Shown: positions 23,507 to 37,237, counted from the first letter of the stretch. The stretch: DNA of 64,000 bases from Vicugna vicugna (GCA_013265495.1 MU061904.1:5084001-5148000); one strand, 5' to 3'. Translations and numbers: made by a program. Notes: generated from the letters alone by a model not told the origin.

Positions 23507-24559
23507 CTTAAAAGAAAGAAAGAAAGAAAGGATTCTGATGCCCTGGACCATTCTAGGAACAAGAAGGGGAGTGGTGTTGTTAGCTGCTAATCAGTCTTCA
23601 AATGTGTGCCCATCTGAGAAGAGCTGAGATCAAACCTCAGGGGGCACATTTCTTTCAGTGTTTTGTTTCAGTGAGCTAAATACTTCCTGCCAGTTGACAG
23701 CGAGACAGCAGCACCGCCTCAGACAAGGTCTTGGTTTAAAATTCTTCCGGGGTTTCAAGGACTCAAGTCTTCTAAGGACTGTAATCCAGTCCCGGCTTAC
23801 AGTTCCTATCTGAAGATACAGTGTCTAGGAATAATACTGGAATGGTAAAAATATTTTGAGAACAGCATTCCAATTAAAACTTGAAATCAAACCATTATCA
23901 AGCGTCTATTTGCTATAATGAAACAATTTCATTTAGTCTAAGGAAATAAGGCATAATGCCAAAACAGAACGCCCGACTTTCAATTTGATCAAACAAAGCA
24001 ATCACCCGGAAAGGAAAGCTACATGTTTTAATGTGCGTAATACAGTTATTTTAAGACAAATACACGGTTCTGTATATTGTGGCTTCTCTTTAAACTTAAT
24101 ATCTGCAAGCCATGCCATTCAATTCTTTAAGAGAAATCTTTCTTGGAGAGTAGCATCTGATGCTTAAAAACTGTACCTTAAATTTCAAAATGGACTTCAA
24201 AAATCTTAGGAAAATTTATCTGTGGCTGACATATTCCATTTCGGCCTCAGTGTCCATATTGGAAATCATGAGGCGCTTTACACACAATCACAAGTAAGTT
24301 TTGGAATGTGTATGTTCCTACTACTCCTAGATGGGTGAACTCTGAGGACTTTTATGTACAAACCAACACATGAGTGATAATATTTTATCAGGTTTGAATG
24401 GGAGTGGGAAGACGAGGGGGAGCTGTGACGCCTAATGGCAGGGAGTGAGTTAATATCCCCTGGAACTGGAAGGAAAGAATAGGCCCCTAGTGAGAGAGTC
24501 GCGTTCTCTCCCTTCTCAAGTCCCGCCCTCATTATTAAATTAGACACTTGGGGAGGCAC

Positions 24560-25070
24560 TCACTCATTCATTCATTCATTCATTCGTTTCTTATGAGTGG
24601 CCACCATGTACCAGCCACTGCTCTAGATGAGATGACACGAAGATGAAGAGGCAGTCCATGGACCCTGCGCTCAAGGACCTCAGTTTAGAGGGAACGTGGA
24701 GGGAGGCAGGACACACAACACACCCACGAGCAGAGAGGTGAGAACAAAGTGGACCAGTTAGGAAGGCAGCTCGGGGAAGGCTGAACTGAAAAGATGAAGT
24801 TTCAGGTGACTCTTGAAAGGGTTACGTGGGAGTTTTCCAGATGGGACAATTCCAGTGAGAGGAAGAGCATGTGCAAAGGCACGGAGGTCTAGGCTAAAGG
24901 TTGGGCAATGATGGCAGATCACGTTAGAACAAAGGTAGAGGCGGGATTGTTCACGGTCAGCGTTTGGACTTGACTTTGTGGAGGGCAGGAGGCCACTGAA
25001 ATATTTGAAGTCGGCAAATAATCTGGTTGTCTTGACATCTTAAAAGTTTACTCAGAGCTCTCATGAAAAC
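24560..25070 (-). mobile_element. L2 LINE fragment with (TTCA)n terminus
   Basis: cattcattcattcatt...caccatgtaccagccactgctctag...cctgcgctcaaggacctcagtttag. Confidence 0.65.
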
Positions 25071-26474
25071 AGGATTTGCAGTGCTTGCATTAATCCAAAG
25101 AAAAGTTGGTCAATCTAATCAGAGTAGCTGATTAAAGGACTTTTATAAATGATTCTTATAAAGCTATAGTTTCATGAAACCGAGAGTGCCAAGTAGGAAA
25201 GGATGATTTTATGACCCAAAATGCTAACTACAGGGAGTCGGAAACATTGTAGAAGTCTGCCTGGGAGCAACTGTGGGGCAATGCCCATCCCTACTTTATG
25301 TGTGGCGTCACTTGAGATGACTCCATCAGCATGTGATTATGCTGACCTCCGTTTTAAAAACTGGAGTTCCTATTATTTAGCAGTAAACATTTTGTGTGTC
25401 TGGTAGTCAACAGTGTATATGACCACAATAATAAAATCCAATTCTCCCTTCTAAGTCACTCCATAAAAATGTCATTTTCATCATTCAACATTAAGCCTGC
25501 ATCCACATGGGGCATCAGACACCGTGCAACCAAGTAGAGTACTTGGAATGAAACTGACCCTATTTTATGATATTGTAAAGTTCATCAGTGATCTATGATT
25601 CTACAAGGTCATAATGCACAAGACATGAATCCTTGTCTTAACCATCCATCTGCACAAATCAAAAAACTGGATTTTTCTATAATATTTTAAGTTCCAAACA
25701 AGTTAGAAACTTGACCTCACTCCATATGACACTCAGGACAAAGCCACGGGTGCCAGGTGAGGGATAAGGACTCTCTCACATAACACGCCTGTGACAAAGA
25801 CGGTAGTCACTGGTGGAGAGCCCTGAAAAGCTCTAGTGCAATTAAGGGGACCATCTTCTCTCTTCTCCCTACTAGGGAAAAGGCATGATGCTGTCTTGCT
25901 GACTTCAACAGCAAGCCTCATAATGTTTAGGAAGCACATGCCAGTAGGCGGAATCTAGAATAGCCACTACCTTGAGCTATTAAGAAAGGAAAATGTTAAA
26001 CAAATAATTTGAGGCCTAAGAGTGAAGGGTAGAAAACTTTCATGCACCATTCCCACTCAGAACATGGAGAAGACATATTTTTTTCAAGTCTTGATAGCTT
26101 TGCTTTGGCTTCCTAAAAAGAACATGATTTTGCAAAATTCAAACTGCAGTGAATCCTATGAATTGTTCATTACTGAATCTAAAAAAGGAATGACCACCTT
26201 TCTTGTAGACATAGCAAGTCTAATGGAATCAAAATCTGTTTTCTGAAGCCTATATAATTTTAAAAGACTACTGATAAACTTTTCTTTATAAAAATCTGGA
26301 AAGCAGTACTTTTGTCTTGGTACCCATTTAATTTTAATAATTCTTAAACCAAGTTTCAATCATCAGTGGTGGGAAAAGTGATTCAGACGTTCATATCTGA
26401 CTCTGAAGTGAGAAACAAAAAGTTGGGGAAAGTCCTCAAACAAAATAACCTCCTATTCTTCGCGAGATTTAACC

Positions 26475-26530
26475 ACCCACGTGAAAAATGGGCAATTTGA
26501 CTACCCACGTGAAAAATGGGCAATTTGACT
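26475..26530. repeat. Perfect 28-bp tandem duplication (acccacgtgaaaaatgggcaatttgact x2)
   Basis: 26475-26502 and 26503-26530 are identical. Confidence 0.95.
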
Positions 26531-27218
26531 ATTCAAACATTTGAGTGACTTGTGGTCTAAGTAAGGTGCTTTGAAAATGTTTTCCCCCCTTCCAACTCAT
26601 ACAGTGTAAATGAGTTCTTAAGACACTTGTCAATCTTGTTCTTTTTTTAAAAAATGCACTTTTAAGCTAGGGTTATACTTTGGAAACTCGGGTCTAAAAC
26701 AACACTTGTTATGTCTTGATTTCTGTAACGGTTGTGACCCAACAGTTCGGCAGGCCAGTTACTGCTGTTTGAGCCGTGCAATCAGTTGGCTTGAAGAAAG
26801 CCTTAGAGTGCTTTCAGTATCAACTCAAACAAGGTCTTGGAAGAGATGAAAGAAATAACTAATCAGGAAGGTCGCTCTTCTTGATTTTAAGTTGTATTCT
26901 GTAATGATGGTCCTATAGGCAGCTTTTTTTTTTCCTTAATAAATGAACTAGTCCTTATGTAATGGGGCTTAGGTTGGACAGTATTTCCTGTCTTATCAGC
27001 TAATAAGCCTCTCACTAGCATCCTGGACGATGAGGAGAAATGATGTTCCTGCCATAAGTTTATGACAGGCAGTTTTTCCCTCAAATGAGAGGCAAATGGA
27101 GCTCATTGGTAAGTTAAATAAAAGGTCAGAAATCATTAAACAAAGATGGGGTTGATGCATCCGGTTGAATAAAAATGCACCGGGCACCTTTCCCAATGCT
27201 TTGCTTGATGCTGTAAGG

Positions 27219-27606
27219 CAGGGATCTTAAACCTGGCTGAAAATGAGAAATATCTGGGAAGACTTTAAAACTCCCGATTCCCAGGCCATAGTCCAGGACA
27301 ATAAAATCAGAATCTCTAGGGGTGGGACCTAGGCATCAGTCCTGTTTTAAGGCAGGCTTCTTAAACGTTAATGTTTTTAGGTATCACTTGGGCAAGGAGC
27401 GTTTAGCAAAACACTGGTTCTGATTTGGTAGGTAGGTCAAGGGAGGGGCCTGAGGATTTGCATTTCTATCAAGCTCCCAAGAGATGTCTCTGCTGCTGGC
27501 TGGTGGACCACACACCAGGTAGCAATGGTCTAAGGTTCTGCTATGACTGGTCTATATTAAAAGCTCCCCAGGTGATTCTCTGTGCACACAGGGCTGAAAG
27601 CCTCTG
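27219..27606. mobile_element. MER5B-like hAT element with a nested MER5A-like element (27353-27527)
   Basis: Outer halves: aatcagaatctctaggggtgggacctaggcatcag and aaaagctccccaggtgattct. Inner: gggcctgaggatttgcatttctatcaagctccc, flanked by ttttaagg/gtctaagg. Confidence 0.75.
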
Positions 27607-29647
27607 CTCTGTAAAAAGGTCCGGATGACAGGCTATGGAGAGATCACTGACCCACATCTGTTTTCAAAACAAATCTTGACAAGTAAAAAGAAATGCCCTG
27701 TGATGTAAGCCAAATATTAGCAAGGCTGTCAGTAATTCAAGCTGACTCTTTCCAGAGTCCCCTGAGACGCGTGTGTTCTCTGAGATGTCACTAATCCAGG
27801 ACACGACTGGCTCTGGGAAAACCTGAGTACAAGCGGGAGAGCCGGGGGCTGATTCTTTCCAGGTTGGGATCAGCTAACCCCGCCACGTCTCACGTGCCAA
27901 ATGTACCTCCCCGCACTGCTCTACCGTCTCCGTGTGCCCTTTACGCTCCCTCTCCCTCCCCCCAGCCTTGCACCCCTTCCCTCCCTCCCAAACCTTTCCA
28001 CTGTTCCCTCTGGAGTGGTTCTGAGGTTAACAAACTCTCCCATATTTTCCACCTCTTCACAGAACATTCTCTCTAACCATCTCCTTGTTGATAAAGCCGT
28101 TTTTGGCCCTATCTTACTTGACTTCCGGCAGCATCTGTGAGTCCTTCCTACCCTTCCCTCTCATCTTCCATCACAATGTGCATTCCTGGTTCCCCTCTTT
28201 CAAGCTGTTTGGATGTGCAGGGACTATTTACAAGAGTTGGGGTGATCTGGAGGATGGTGATACACAAGCAAGTAGAGCAGAATCCCAGTGAGGCTGTGGT
28301 TTGGGATGGACAGATGGTAGTAGTGGTGAGGTTCGCGGAGGAGGGGACAGTCTGCGCTGGCAGTTGGAAGCAAGAATCAGAAGCTAACACTGGGATTTCA
28401 GAGGAGCCGGTCGTTAGCAGAGAGGAACAGCTGCATCTGTGAGAATGGCTGAGGTCAACGGAGGGACCAGGGCCAAGGGCAGAACCTGCCTGGGAAGAGT
28501 CCACAAAGTGGGCTGTCAAGCAGCCCTCTGAGAGGCAGGAGCACCAAGGAAGGTAATGGATGGAAGCCAAGGTCCGAATGAGTTTCCAGAACTGGCACCC
28601 TCCTACAGTCGAGGGAGGGGAATGACGTTAGCGGGAGGGTCACTAGATTTGGTGGCCTCCGAGAGAGCAGTTTCAGTATAGTGAGGAGGCTGCCAGCTTA
28701 CGAGGGACTAGTGGGTTGGTAGGGAAGGTAACCACGTGCAGAGGCTAGAATCACAAGGGATGTGGTTGTGACTGAAGCTGGTGCATCTAAGCCCCTTACA
28801 CACAAAGGCAAGAAGGATGGGCTGTTATTCACTTTGGAGGCATTTCTAAGGTGTCCAGCATAGTCCTTCTATTGTTCTGTGGTTGGGGACACGGCAGGTG
28901 AGTGCTAACGTCCAGACAGAACCCTGAGGTCCCTTCGCCCAGATTCCCTCAGACATTAGGGGCAGCTCTGGTTCAGCAGCAGTATCTCTGGGGCGTGCTT
29001 AGGATTGTTGCGAGGTTAGAAGAAATCCCCCAGTCCCTTCCAGTCCTAAAGTTCTACTAACCCTGGTGCACTTTTCTACCCAACAAACATCAGGCTTTTA
29101 CAACTATTCTCAAGACAGGCATTCAGAAATTGCCGATAGCTGCCGGTGCTGCCCTGAAAACACACAGGCAAGAGGTTGCAGGTGATTTTCACACGGACAA
29201 AAGATAACAGGACAAAAACGACCCATCTCCTTGCTTCAGCAAAATCCCCTCTAACTGAAAATCTTGATTTGTATTAGTGAGTAAAAAGTAGTCACTGATA
29301 TCTGCTACAACAGACTGGTGTGACTTGTCAAGACACTGAGGAAAACAAAAAACAAAACAGAAAAACTAGCACAGTTTGGCATCCAAATGGCATCAAGCCC
29401 AAGACTGAGCTAAACATTTGGAAAATAATGATACAGCGTGGTTCAATCTGACACAGAGGTGTGACACCCGGGGAGCACGTCCAGCCTCTGCCTTCCTTTC
29501 ATTAGCAGCGCCTGTGAGTCATACCGAACGTCAAATAGCAAAGCAAGGCTATCAATTAAGAGGGTCTGAGAGCCAGGCAATCCCCTGGCTTGAAGTCAGG
29601 CTCATTACCACTCATCATCTTTTGAGTTTAAACACATCCTTACCTAT

Positions 29648-29716
29648 GAGACAGACAGACAGACAGACAGACAGACACACACACACACACACACACGTGC
29701 ACACACACACACACAT
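29648..29716. repeat. (GACA)n(CA)n compound microsatellite
   Basis: Read directly. Confidence 0.95.
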
Positions 29717-32324
29717 ATCAGATTCTAAATTACATGGTGCTCTGGGAAAGATACACCTGTGGGAACAAGAGACCAAGTAAATCCTCTGAGAATCCTCAGC
29801 AGCACAATCTTAAACAATATGTGTTCCCATGACTGCTAGGAAAGCCCAGTGGGGCACCGAGGTTTTCCCAGGTCCGAGTACTCCCCTGGGAGGCAGATCC
29901 AGGCACTGCCCAAAGCTGTGCCACTGAACAAACACTATAGGGTCATGGGTACAGAGAGCCCGACCACTTCACTAATCAAACCTAACTGCCACATGGTTGA
30001 GCTCATCAACTGCTACAGAAATGACTGTGAAGTGGGCTGAGAATACTAGGTTAGGGCCAAGGTGGCTGGCTGACTCAGCCTCTTCAATGTGATGAAACTC
30101 CAGGCCACCAAGAGGTGACAGAGCAGGGCGCCGACAGCATGAGCTCAGACACAGACGGAAAACAAAGCCTGTCGCCTGTCCCTGTGGCACCGCAAACCAC
30201 AAAGCCACTTGGGCCTTGAGGGGCCCTCACTGGAGGCACGACGGGAAACCCAGCAGACAGTAGTGGACGTCATGTGACATTGTAAGAATACAGAACAAAT
30301 GGTCATAGGTGAAAAGAACATTTTCGAGTGTTTTATAGTTTAGGTGATTTTGGCTACACGTTTGTGACAAAACTATGGCCTCTTTGCAAACTGTACTGTC
30401 TTACTTAAACATGGTTTTTTAATTTAAGAAATCTACTTAAATGTTTTTGAGCCCCCAAAATTACTTCACTGAAGGGGACTGGGTTAGAAGATACAAAGCC
30501 CAGAAGATAGATTCATGCTGAGAAATCAAGTGCTGATGTCAAATGGGCACCAGGGAGGCTTCCAACTGGAAAGGACTTTATCCGCTCGCACACCGCCTGT
30601 GAACATGCATGGGGGTGCTGGAATCTTGATGTTTTCCAGATTTGGCCAGGTGATATGGAACAGAAAGTAATTCGCCTCTCACATCGAGAGAAGGAAAAGG
30701 AAGCAGAGAGGTTAGATTAGTATGCAGGGAAAGTTGCCCTCCACTCTTCTGTGCTGCAAACGGGAAGCAATCATAGATAAGAGTGTGAGCCTGTTTGCAT
30801 GCGTATAAAGATGACATGCTTGAGTCAGTCCAGGGCCTTTCAGGACAGGGAGAGCCGTGAGAGAAAGAACCGGGGTTCAACTGAAAACAGAAATGAAGGA
30901 AAGAGAAAGGATTAGTATTATTCACTAGTAAAGAAAGTAAGAAAACTGAAGTGTACATCTGTATTTCTATTTCTTTAATTGCTTTTCTGGTTTGTAATCT
31001 TTTCTTAACAAATAAGAACAATTAAAAATTAGCTTATATTAACATTTTGATATTTTAAGTTAAAAAAAAAAAGCCATCACTGAAAGAGATTGTGTGCTGT
31101 GATACAGAACTCATTCATGTGTCTCTACGGAAAGCCAGGGATGAACCAACCCCACTTCCTTGGTTTCTAAATTTCAAAAATACACTTAACGGTCTCATGC
31201 TTTTTAAAATCACTGATCCTCACCCCTCCCCCGAACGCCAAGTCTGCGAACACACCTCTCCACCTGGATGTCCCAGCAGCACAAGCCGGCAGGTCCGGGC
31301 TCCTCGCCTCTCCTCCCAGCCTGCCCCTCTTCCAGTGCTCCCGTCCCTGGTGCTGCCGTCAGCCTCAGTCCCTGCCACTGCCCGCTCTGGCCCCTCCTCT
31401 GCACCTGGGTAAGGCCCCCGGCTCTCTCCCTGGGACCTGGAAAGGGTCTCATTGCTCTGGATGCCCTTGTTCCAGTCGACCCTCTGCATCCTCCTGGGGT
31501 TATCTTCTGATCTTTGGTGATCTGGGCCCGTCGCCTTTATGGTGCAGCCCAAATTCACCTGGAAGGCTTCATTCCCCAGCCTTGCTCCCCACCACCTTGC
31601 TCCTGCTTCCTGGTCTTCTTTCCCTGGAGATGCCTTGTCTTTGCTCAGGCCTCTACCTGGAATGCTCTTATCTCCAGTCCCTGCCTCTGCAAATCCAACT
31701 TACTGCTTCCCATGTGAAGCTCTTTTCAAGCCCTGCCTCGGCAAAATTGATCCCTCTGTCCTCTGCGCTAGTGTGGCGCTTAGTTCTCACTTGGTGGAGC
31801 ACTTACCACATTAGGTTAGAGTTGCTAATGTGTCTGTCCTACCAACCAGATTATAGGCTCCTTTAGGGCAGGAATCGGGTGCCAACTCTCTCTCTATTGA
31901 AAGCATCTAGCAGAGGGGCTGGCAGATGAAAGGTGGTTGGCAATCCTAATCAGGTTAAATGTTATTTCTTCAGGCTCCCAAGCCAGGAATTACCTGGTGA
32001 CAACCCACTCAAATTGAGGGCTGGTAAGGAGGAAGGAGACTCATAAGAAGACACACAAAATCTGAGAACTGTAATAAAAAAATCTTCCTCCCCAAATTCA
32101 ATGGAAATTCTAGGAGAAAAGTAGATAAGTGAAATCTGGGGGCTGTCCTTTACAAATCTAATGTCTATTGGCATAGTAAGATGCCATGTATAATTTGTTA
32201 AGCTCATAAAAACCACCATGGGTAGTGTTTTAAATTTAGAAAATGTTAAGGCATTTGAAAATGCATGAAGTGAATGAATGTATGTATACAGAGGACAAAT
32301 AAATGTATACTATTTATTTAAGTA

Positions 32325-32640
32325 TTATTTATGTAAAGAAAAGTGCACAAATCAGAAGTTTACAGCTCGATGAATTTTCACCAAAGGAATACAGCCATGC
32401 AATCAATATCTAGATCAAGAAGCAGAACATCCCCATACCCCCCAAAGCCCCCTTGTGCCCTTTTGCAATCACTACCTTCTTCCACAAGGGTAACCACTAT
32501 TCTGACTTTTAACCCTGTGACTCTGCTTTGCCTGTTTTGATTCTTTGTGTAAATGGAATCACACAATAGATATACATTACAATGTGTTCTGTTTGACTTT
32601 TCCCACTTAATATTACTTTATGAGATTCAAACATATTGCT
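32325..32640 (-). mobile_element. Old L1 (L1ME-like) 3' end
   Basis: aagtgcacaaatcagaagtttacagctcgatgaatttt...gtaaccactattctgacttt...taaatggaatcacacaatag. Confidence 0.7.
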
Positions 32641-33374
32641 GCAAATAGCAGTAACACACCTTAATCTGTAAGTGTGAATGCTTCCTAAATCGTATCACTG
32701 ATGGAGCTGTGAGGGGCTCAACTGTCAGGAACCCATCATCTCTTCATTGTGGCCAGGAATTACTTGAAGTCAAACTATGCATGTTGTGTTAAGACAAAAA
32801 ACTGTCCTGTTTCTGAACTTCATGAACCCTGTAACTTATTCAGTAAATATTTCTAGAATGAAGAGATAAAGGCAATGGAATCACAAGGCACTTTTTCAGG
32901 GGAGGAAAAAAAAACTGAGCAGGGACAGACTCTGGAATTTCATGGAATTAAACTTTTGCCACATGATCATTTTTGAAATCAGTCTAATTTTCTGAACTTT
33001 AGGAACATTTTGGCATATTTCAGTGCTTCATTTTTGTCATTTTCATAAACATTTAAAGACAAAGGTTTGAACGAAACATTTTTACTATTTCACATTGTCC
33101 TAACCACAGACTGATAGGTCGCTGAGTGGGTGAGAAGAAAAACAGAAGAGGTTTTGTGCCTTATCGTGGAAGTGCTATGGCAGAAAGAATTTCAGAACAA
33201 ATTTGTAAAACAAATACAGAAGGATCATCCGTGGTCTCTAGTCCTGAAAGCATGTGTTCAGCGTGCAGCAGGCTGTACCTCTATGTTATTTTATATAACA
33301 TACATTTATCACACAGGGCTACTATACAACCACCCACATCTTCCAAGTTTGCCTAATATCCCACAAGCACATAC

Positions 33375-33564
33375 CTTGGGGATTAAAGAAACCAGTCATC
33401 CAAAACACATTGGGCCTCCCTTCAAATATCCAGGTGGAAAATTGAGCATTTCTTTCCAAAAGTTCAGTAAACCAGAAGCCCAGTGTGGATGAATCCCAGG
33501 ACACTCTTTTCCAGATCTGGGGTATACGAGCATCATACATGTTATCCAGAGCATCTCTCAAGTT
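33375..33564 (-). CDS. DNAH8: DNAH8 coding exon ([23 protein letters not shown]...WMTGFFNPQ(G))
   Basis: 190 nt; ttttccag|AAC and CAAG|gtatgt; FNPQG-FLTA is the conserved dynein C-terminal motif. Confidence 0.97.
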
Positions 33565-33655
33565 CTGGAAAAACCAAAAGGTACAGTTAAAATCTAAGAA
33601 TAAGAAAAAAAATCAAAAAAAGAGGGAAATGACTACTGAGATAATAACAGCTCAC

Positions 33656-33808
33656 CTCACTCATAATGATCGTTCCTTCAATGGCCAATTTTAGATCACT
33701 CAGGCTGCTGCGAAGTATTGAGATGACTTTTTGCATCCTGTCAATTTCTTGTCTAAGAAATATGTTCATTGAGTTCAGATGCCCCATCTTTATCAAACGA
33801 GCTTTCAC
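33656..33808 (-). CDS. DNAH8: DNAH8 coding exon ([26 protein letters not shown]...[11 protein letters not shown])
   Basis: 153 nt; ctttag|GTG and GAG|gtgagc; followed by a 91-nt intron (33565-33655). Confidence 0.97.
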
Positions 33809-36083
33809 CTAAAGCAAAGCATACAGTATGAGGAGATTTTTTAAAAAATCATCTGTCACTTCTCTTCCAATGACCTCTCCCTTCTCTATTCTTTTTCTTC
33901 CTCTGGATGTATCTCTACAAGCCCAAATGAACTCTAAAATATCTCTTGCAGAACCAAATTTGCCATTAAATTCCCCATTTGCTGGGCTTCAAAAACTACT
34001 GTTCAACTAAAATGATTTTTATTTCCTACTGATTGTACTTAGTTGATAATTCGAAATGTACTTTGAAAAGCTGAAATAAAATTGTATGTACCTTTTCCCC
34101 CCCTGTTCAGATGATTAAGCACTAAGTGTCAGTTAAATATCCTTTTGCAGTCTAACCCTCATCAGAGTACAGCTTGGAAGACTTCTTTTCCCATAGTGCT
34201 TGCAGAGTCGCTGTCAGAAATGTCACAGAAAGTTAATACAGCCAAAATCTTTACAGATCAGTTACCAATAAATATGATTGGCTGCACTTTCCTAAGATCA
34301 CTGTTGCCCTGGCTAGGGTGACTTAAGGAGAGCCTTCCCTAATCTAATCAATGGAAATATTTGACTTTGTGGGAGAGCCATTAAGCACCTGTCATTTGTT
34401 CCTTTTAATACATAATTTATTGACCATTTGGAAGAAATCGATATAAAAGCATCTGGTTGTGAGAACAATAAAATATAACAATTATTGGGAAATAAGCCAA
34501 TACATACACACAATTCAATTTAGTGACATATGCCCAGGAAAAGATTGACTACAAATACTGGCAAGAACTCATAAAGAGATTTGAACTTTCTGCTGGTCAC
34601 AGTCGAAGAGATGCCAGAATAGAAGGGGTCAGGATAGACACATGGAGTGGAAGAAAATTCAGAGTGAGGTAGCAGTCCACAGAATCCCCAGAAAGCCAGT
34701 AAATGGTAGCATTCCCTGCCGGAGACACCCACTGCCCCTTCTTGAGTCCTGGGATGTTAGAGACAGATGGGCTTCTGGCTCATCCGGACCATCCTCCTCG
34801 TTTGACATAACAGGTTTCCTGGCACGCTGCAGTGGATGCCTCCAGTGAGTGAGGGATGAGAGGAAAGCAGTGATATAAAACTGAACACCTGGACAGCATG
34901 ACCTGTGCAGGTAGAGCAAGTGATATTGAAACCTGAGTCAAACATGCCAGTGGAGGTCCCCATCCCATTCCGCACACCAACCTTCAGGTATTTGCCTAAA
35001 TTCCTGGTTCTAGAACTTCTATTTTTTGCAGGCTCCACTGCCCTGTTCTCATCTCAAGCCCTTCATCCTCCAGTGGCTAAATGGCATATATCTCATTCCC
35101 TTTAAATCATGACTACTCTGGAAATTCACACCTTAAGGAAAAGGGAAATTATGGAAATACTTTTGTAACACCCACAAGTGAGACATTAAGCCCACACACT
35201 GGCTATAATATCAAATCAGTAGACAGGTAGCTTTCGGTATGCTAACAGCCCCAAACAAATCACCTTGCCCTACCTAGGGTTTTAAAAGAGAGATTTTCCT
35301 TGCAAAAGATACATGCTTAGGAAAAAATTAAGACTCTAGAAAATCTAATTTTAGTACTGATTTTATTTTGAGTATGATTATTATTCCAGCCTAAAATCAT
35401 CTTTTTATTAATAAGTGAAAGCTCTGCTGTAGTCTTACACAGAATTTTTATTATGTTTCTGAAACCAAGTAGTCTTTTCTACAGTTATGCAGCTCTGCTT
35501 TGAAGTACAATTATATTTCAATTATTAAAATTCACTTTACAGACACATTTTTAAGAACACATCTCTTCTGTAAAATAAAAGACACCAAAGAGTAAGTGAT
35601 CTTGGAAGAGGAAATTCTTTGAGATGTCTCCCAGGACGAACTCCCTTCCATCTACCAATCCACTTAGTGACGTCCCTCACACTCAGTCCCTGCTGGGATG
35701 TTGCTAGAACAGAGGTCTAGGTGAAGTGGCCCCGACTAACTCTGAACAGCTCAAATTATCCCAAGGTCTTGAAATCCTCCTCTAGTAATCCGAACCTGTG
35801 CTCTAGTCATAGACTAAATTTTATTTCACTTTCACATACCAATTTTTAAAATCTTTGAAGGCAGGTATTATGCCTCATCTGTCTTCTGAAGACCATTTAC
35901 AATGAATCATAGAAAGCATGTACTTTAATATTTATCCACTTAAAGAATATTTTTCTCCTCTTACTATAACTACCTCTATGTGAAGTCACTGATTTCAGCA
36001 TCTTGGCTAAACATCTTGGTAACCATCTACACAAAGGAAGCAATAATTGTTTTAAGAAGCAAGAAAACTTTTTTTTTTTTTTT

Positions 36084-36624
36084 TTGTTGGAGGCACTCAC
36101 TGCAGGTACGGGGCGGTGCTGTAGCCCAGGCAGCCTAGGGGCTCCCAGCTGACAAGTGTATCCTTCCCAGACGTGGAGACACAGGACAGGGTAGACACAG
36201 GACCATAGTTACACCTGCATCAGGGCATCAGCCTCTCACTTTTTGGTTGTAAAGCTAAACTTGCTCTAGCCAAGTCTAGGACTCAGATGAAGCACCGACT
36301 GTCAGCAGTGAGGGATGGAGGCCGAGAACAGAAGAGAGGAGGCCCTGGATTTTTTTATTGTTGGAGGCACTCACTGCAGGTACGGGGCGGTGCTGTAGCC
36401 CAGGCAGCCTAGGGGCTCCCAGCTGACAAGTGTATCCTTCCCAGACGTGGAGACACAGGACAGGGTAGACACAGGACCATAGTTACACCTGCATCAGGGC
36501 ATCAGCCTCTCACTTTTTGGTTGTAAAGCTAAACTTGCTCTAGCCAAGTCTAGGACTCAGATGAAGCACCGACTGTCAGCAGTGAGGGATGGAGGCCGAG
36601 AACAGAAGAGAGGAGGCCCTGGAT
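36084..36624. repeat. Perfect 267-bp tandem direct duplication (36084-36350 and 36358-36624)
   Basis: Compared base by base with no difference seen; each copy is preceded by a T run. Confidence 0.93.
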
Positions 36625-36739
36625 GGCCAGAAGGGACAATCCTGTGTTCTTGCATGAAGGAGGCGGCCCAGTTGGAGGCTGTCTTACAGAACTTTTAGAT
36701 GGTCCAGAAATTTTACCACAATTAAAGATTTATTTAGAT

Positions 36740-37237
36740 CAGCAGTTCTCAAAGTGTGGTCTGGGGCCCCTGAAAGTCCCTGAGCTCCTATTAGGGGGTC
36801 CACAAGGTTAAATTTTTTTCATAGTAATACTAAGACATAACTTGACTTTATACTCTCCTTCTCTGAGGAGTGTACGGTGGAGTTCTCCAGAGGCTACGTG
36901 ACCTTGGTATCACAACAGATCAAATGCAGGAACAGATATGAGGATCTAGCTGCCTTCTAGTAAACTGGATGTTAAAGAGATTTACAAAAATATAAAATAA
37001 TCCCATTTTTTCCCTTTGAATATTTTGTTGTTGAAAGTATACTTATTTCAAAATATGTTATGTTAACATGTAACGGGTTTGTTAATGATATTTTACAATA
37101 AATTAATATTTTTGAAAAATTTCAGTTTAAATTTCTAACATATTAAATACCAGTAGATACAATCCATATAAAGAAGTTATTTGGGATGCTCAATCATTTT
37201 GTAAAGGAGTCGAGATTAAAAAACTTTGAGAAAACTG
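36740..37237. mobile_element. Non-autonomous hAT-Charlie DNA transposon
   Basis: Terminal inverted repeats cagcagttctcaaagt / actttgagaaaactg; interior resembles a recalled Charlie consensus. Confidence 0.75.

Noticed and set aside
34520-35040. Overlapping minus-strand ORFs that looked as if they might be a decayed retrocopy
   Set aside because: No protein family recognised in any frame and no poly(A)/TSD; may be an old LTR. Needs BLAST/Dfam
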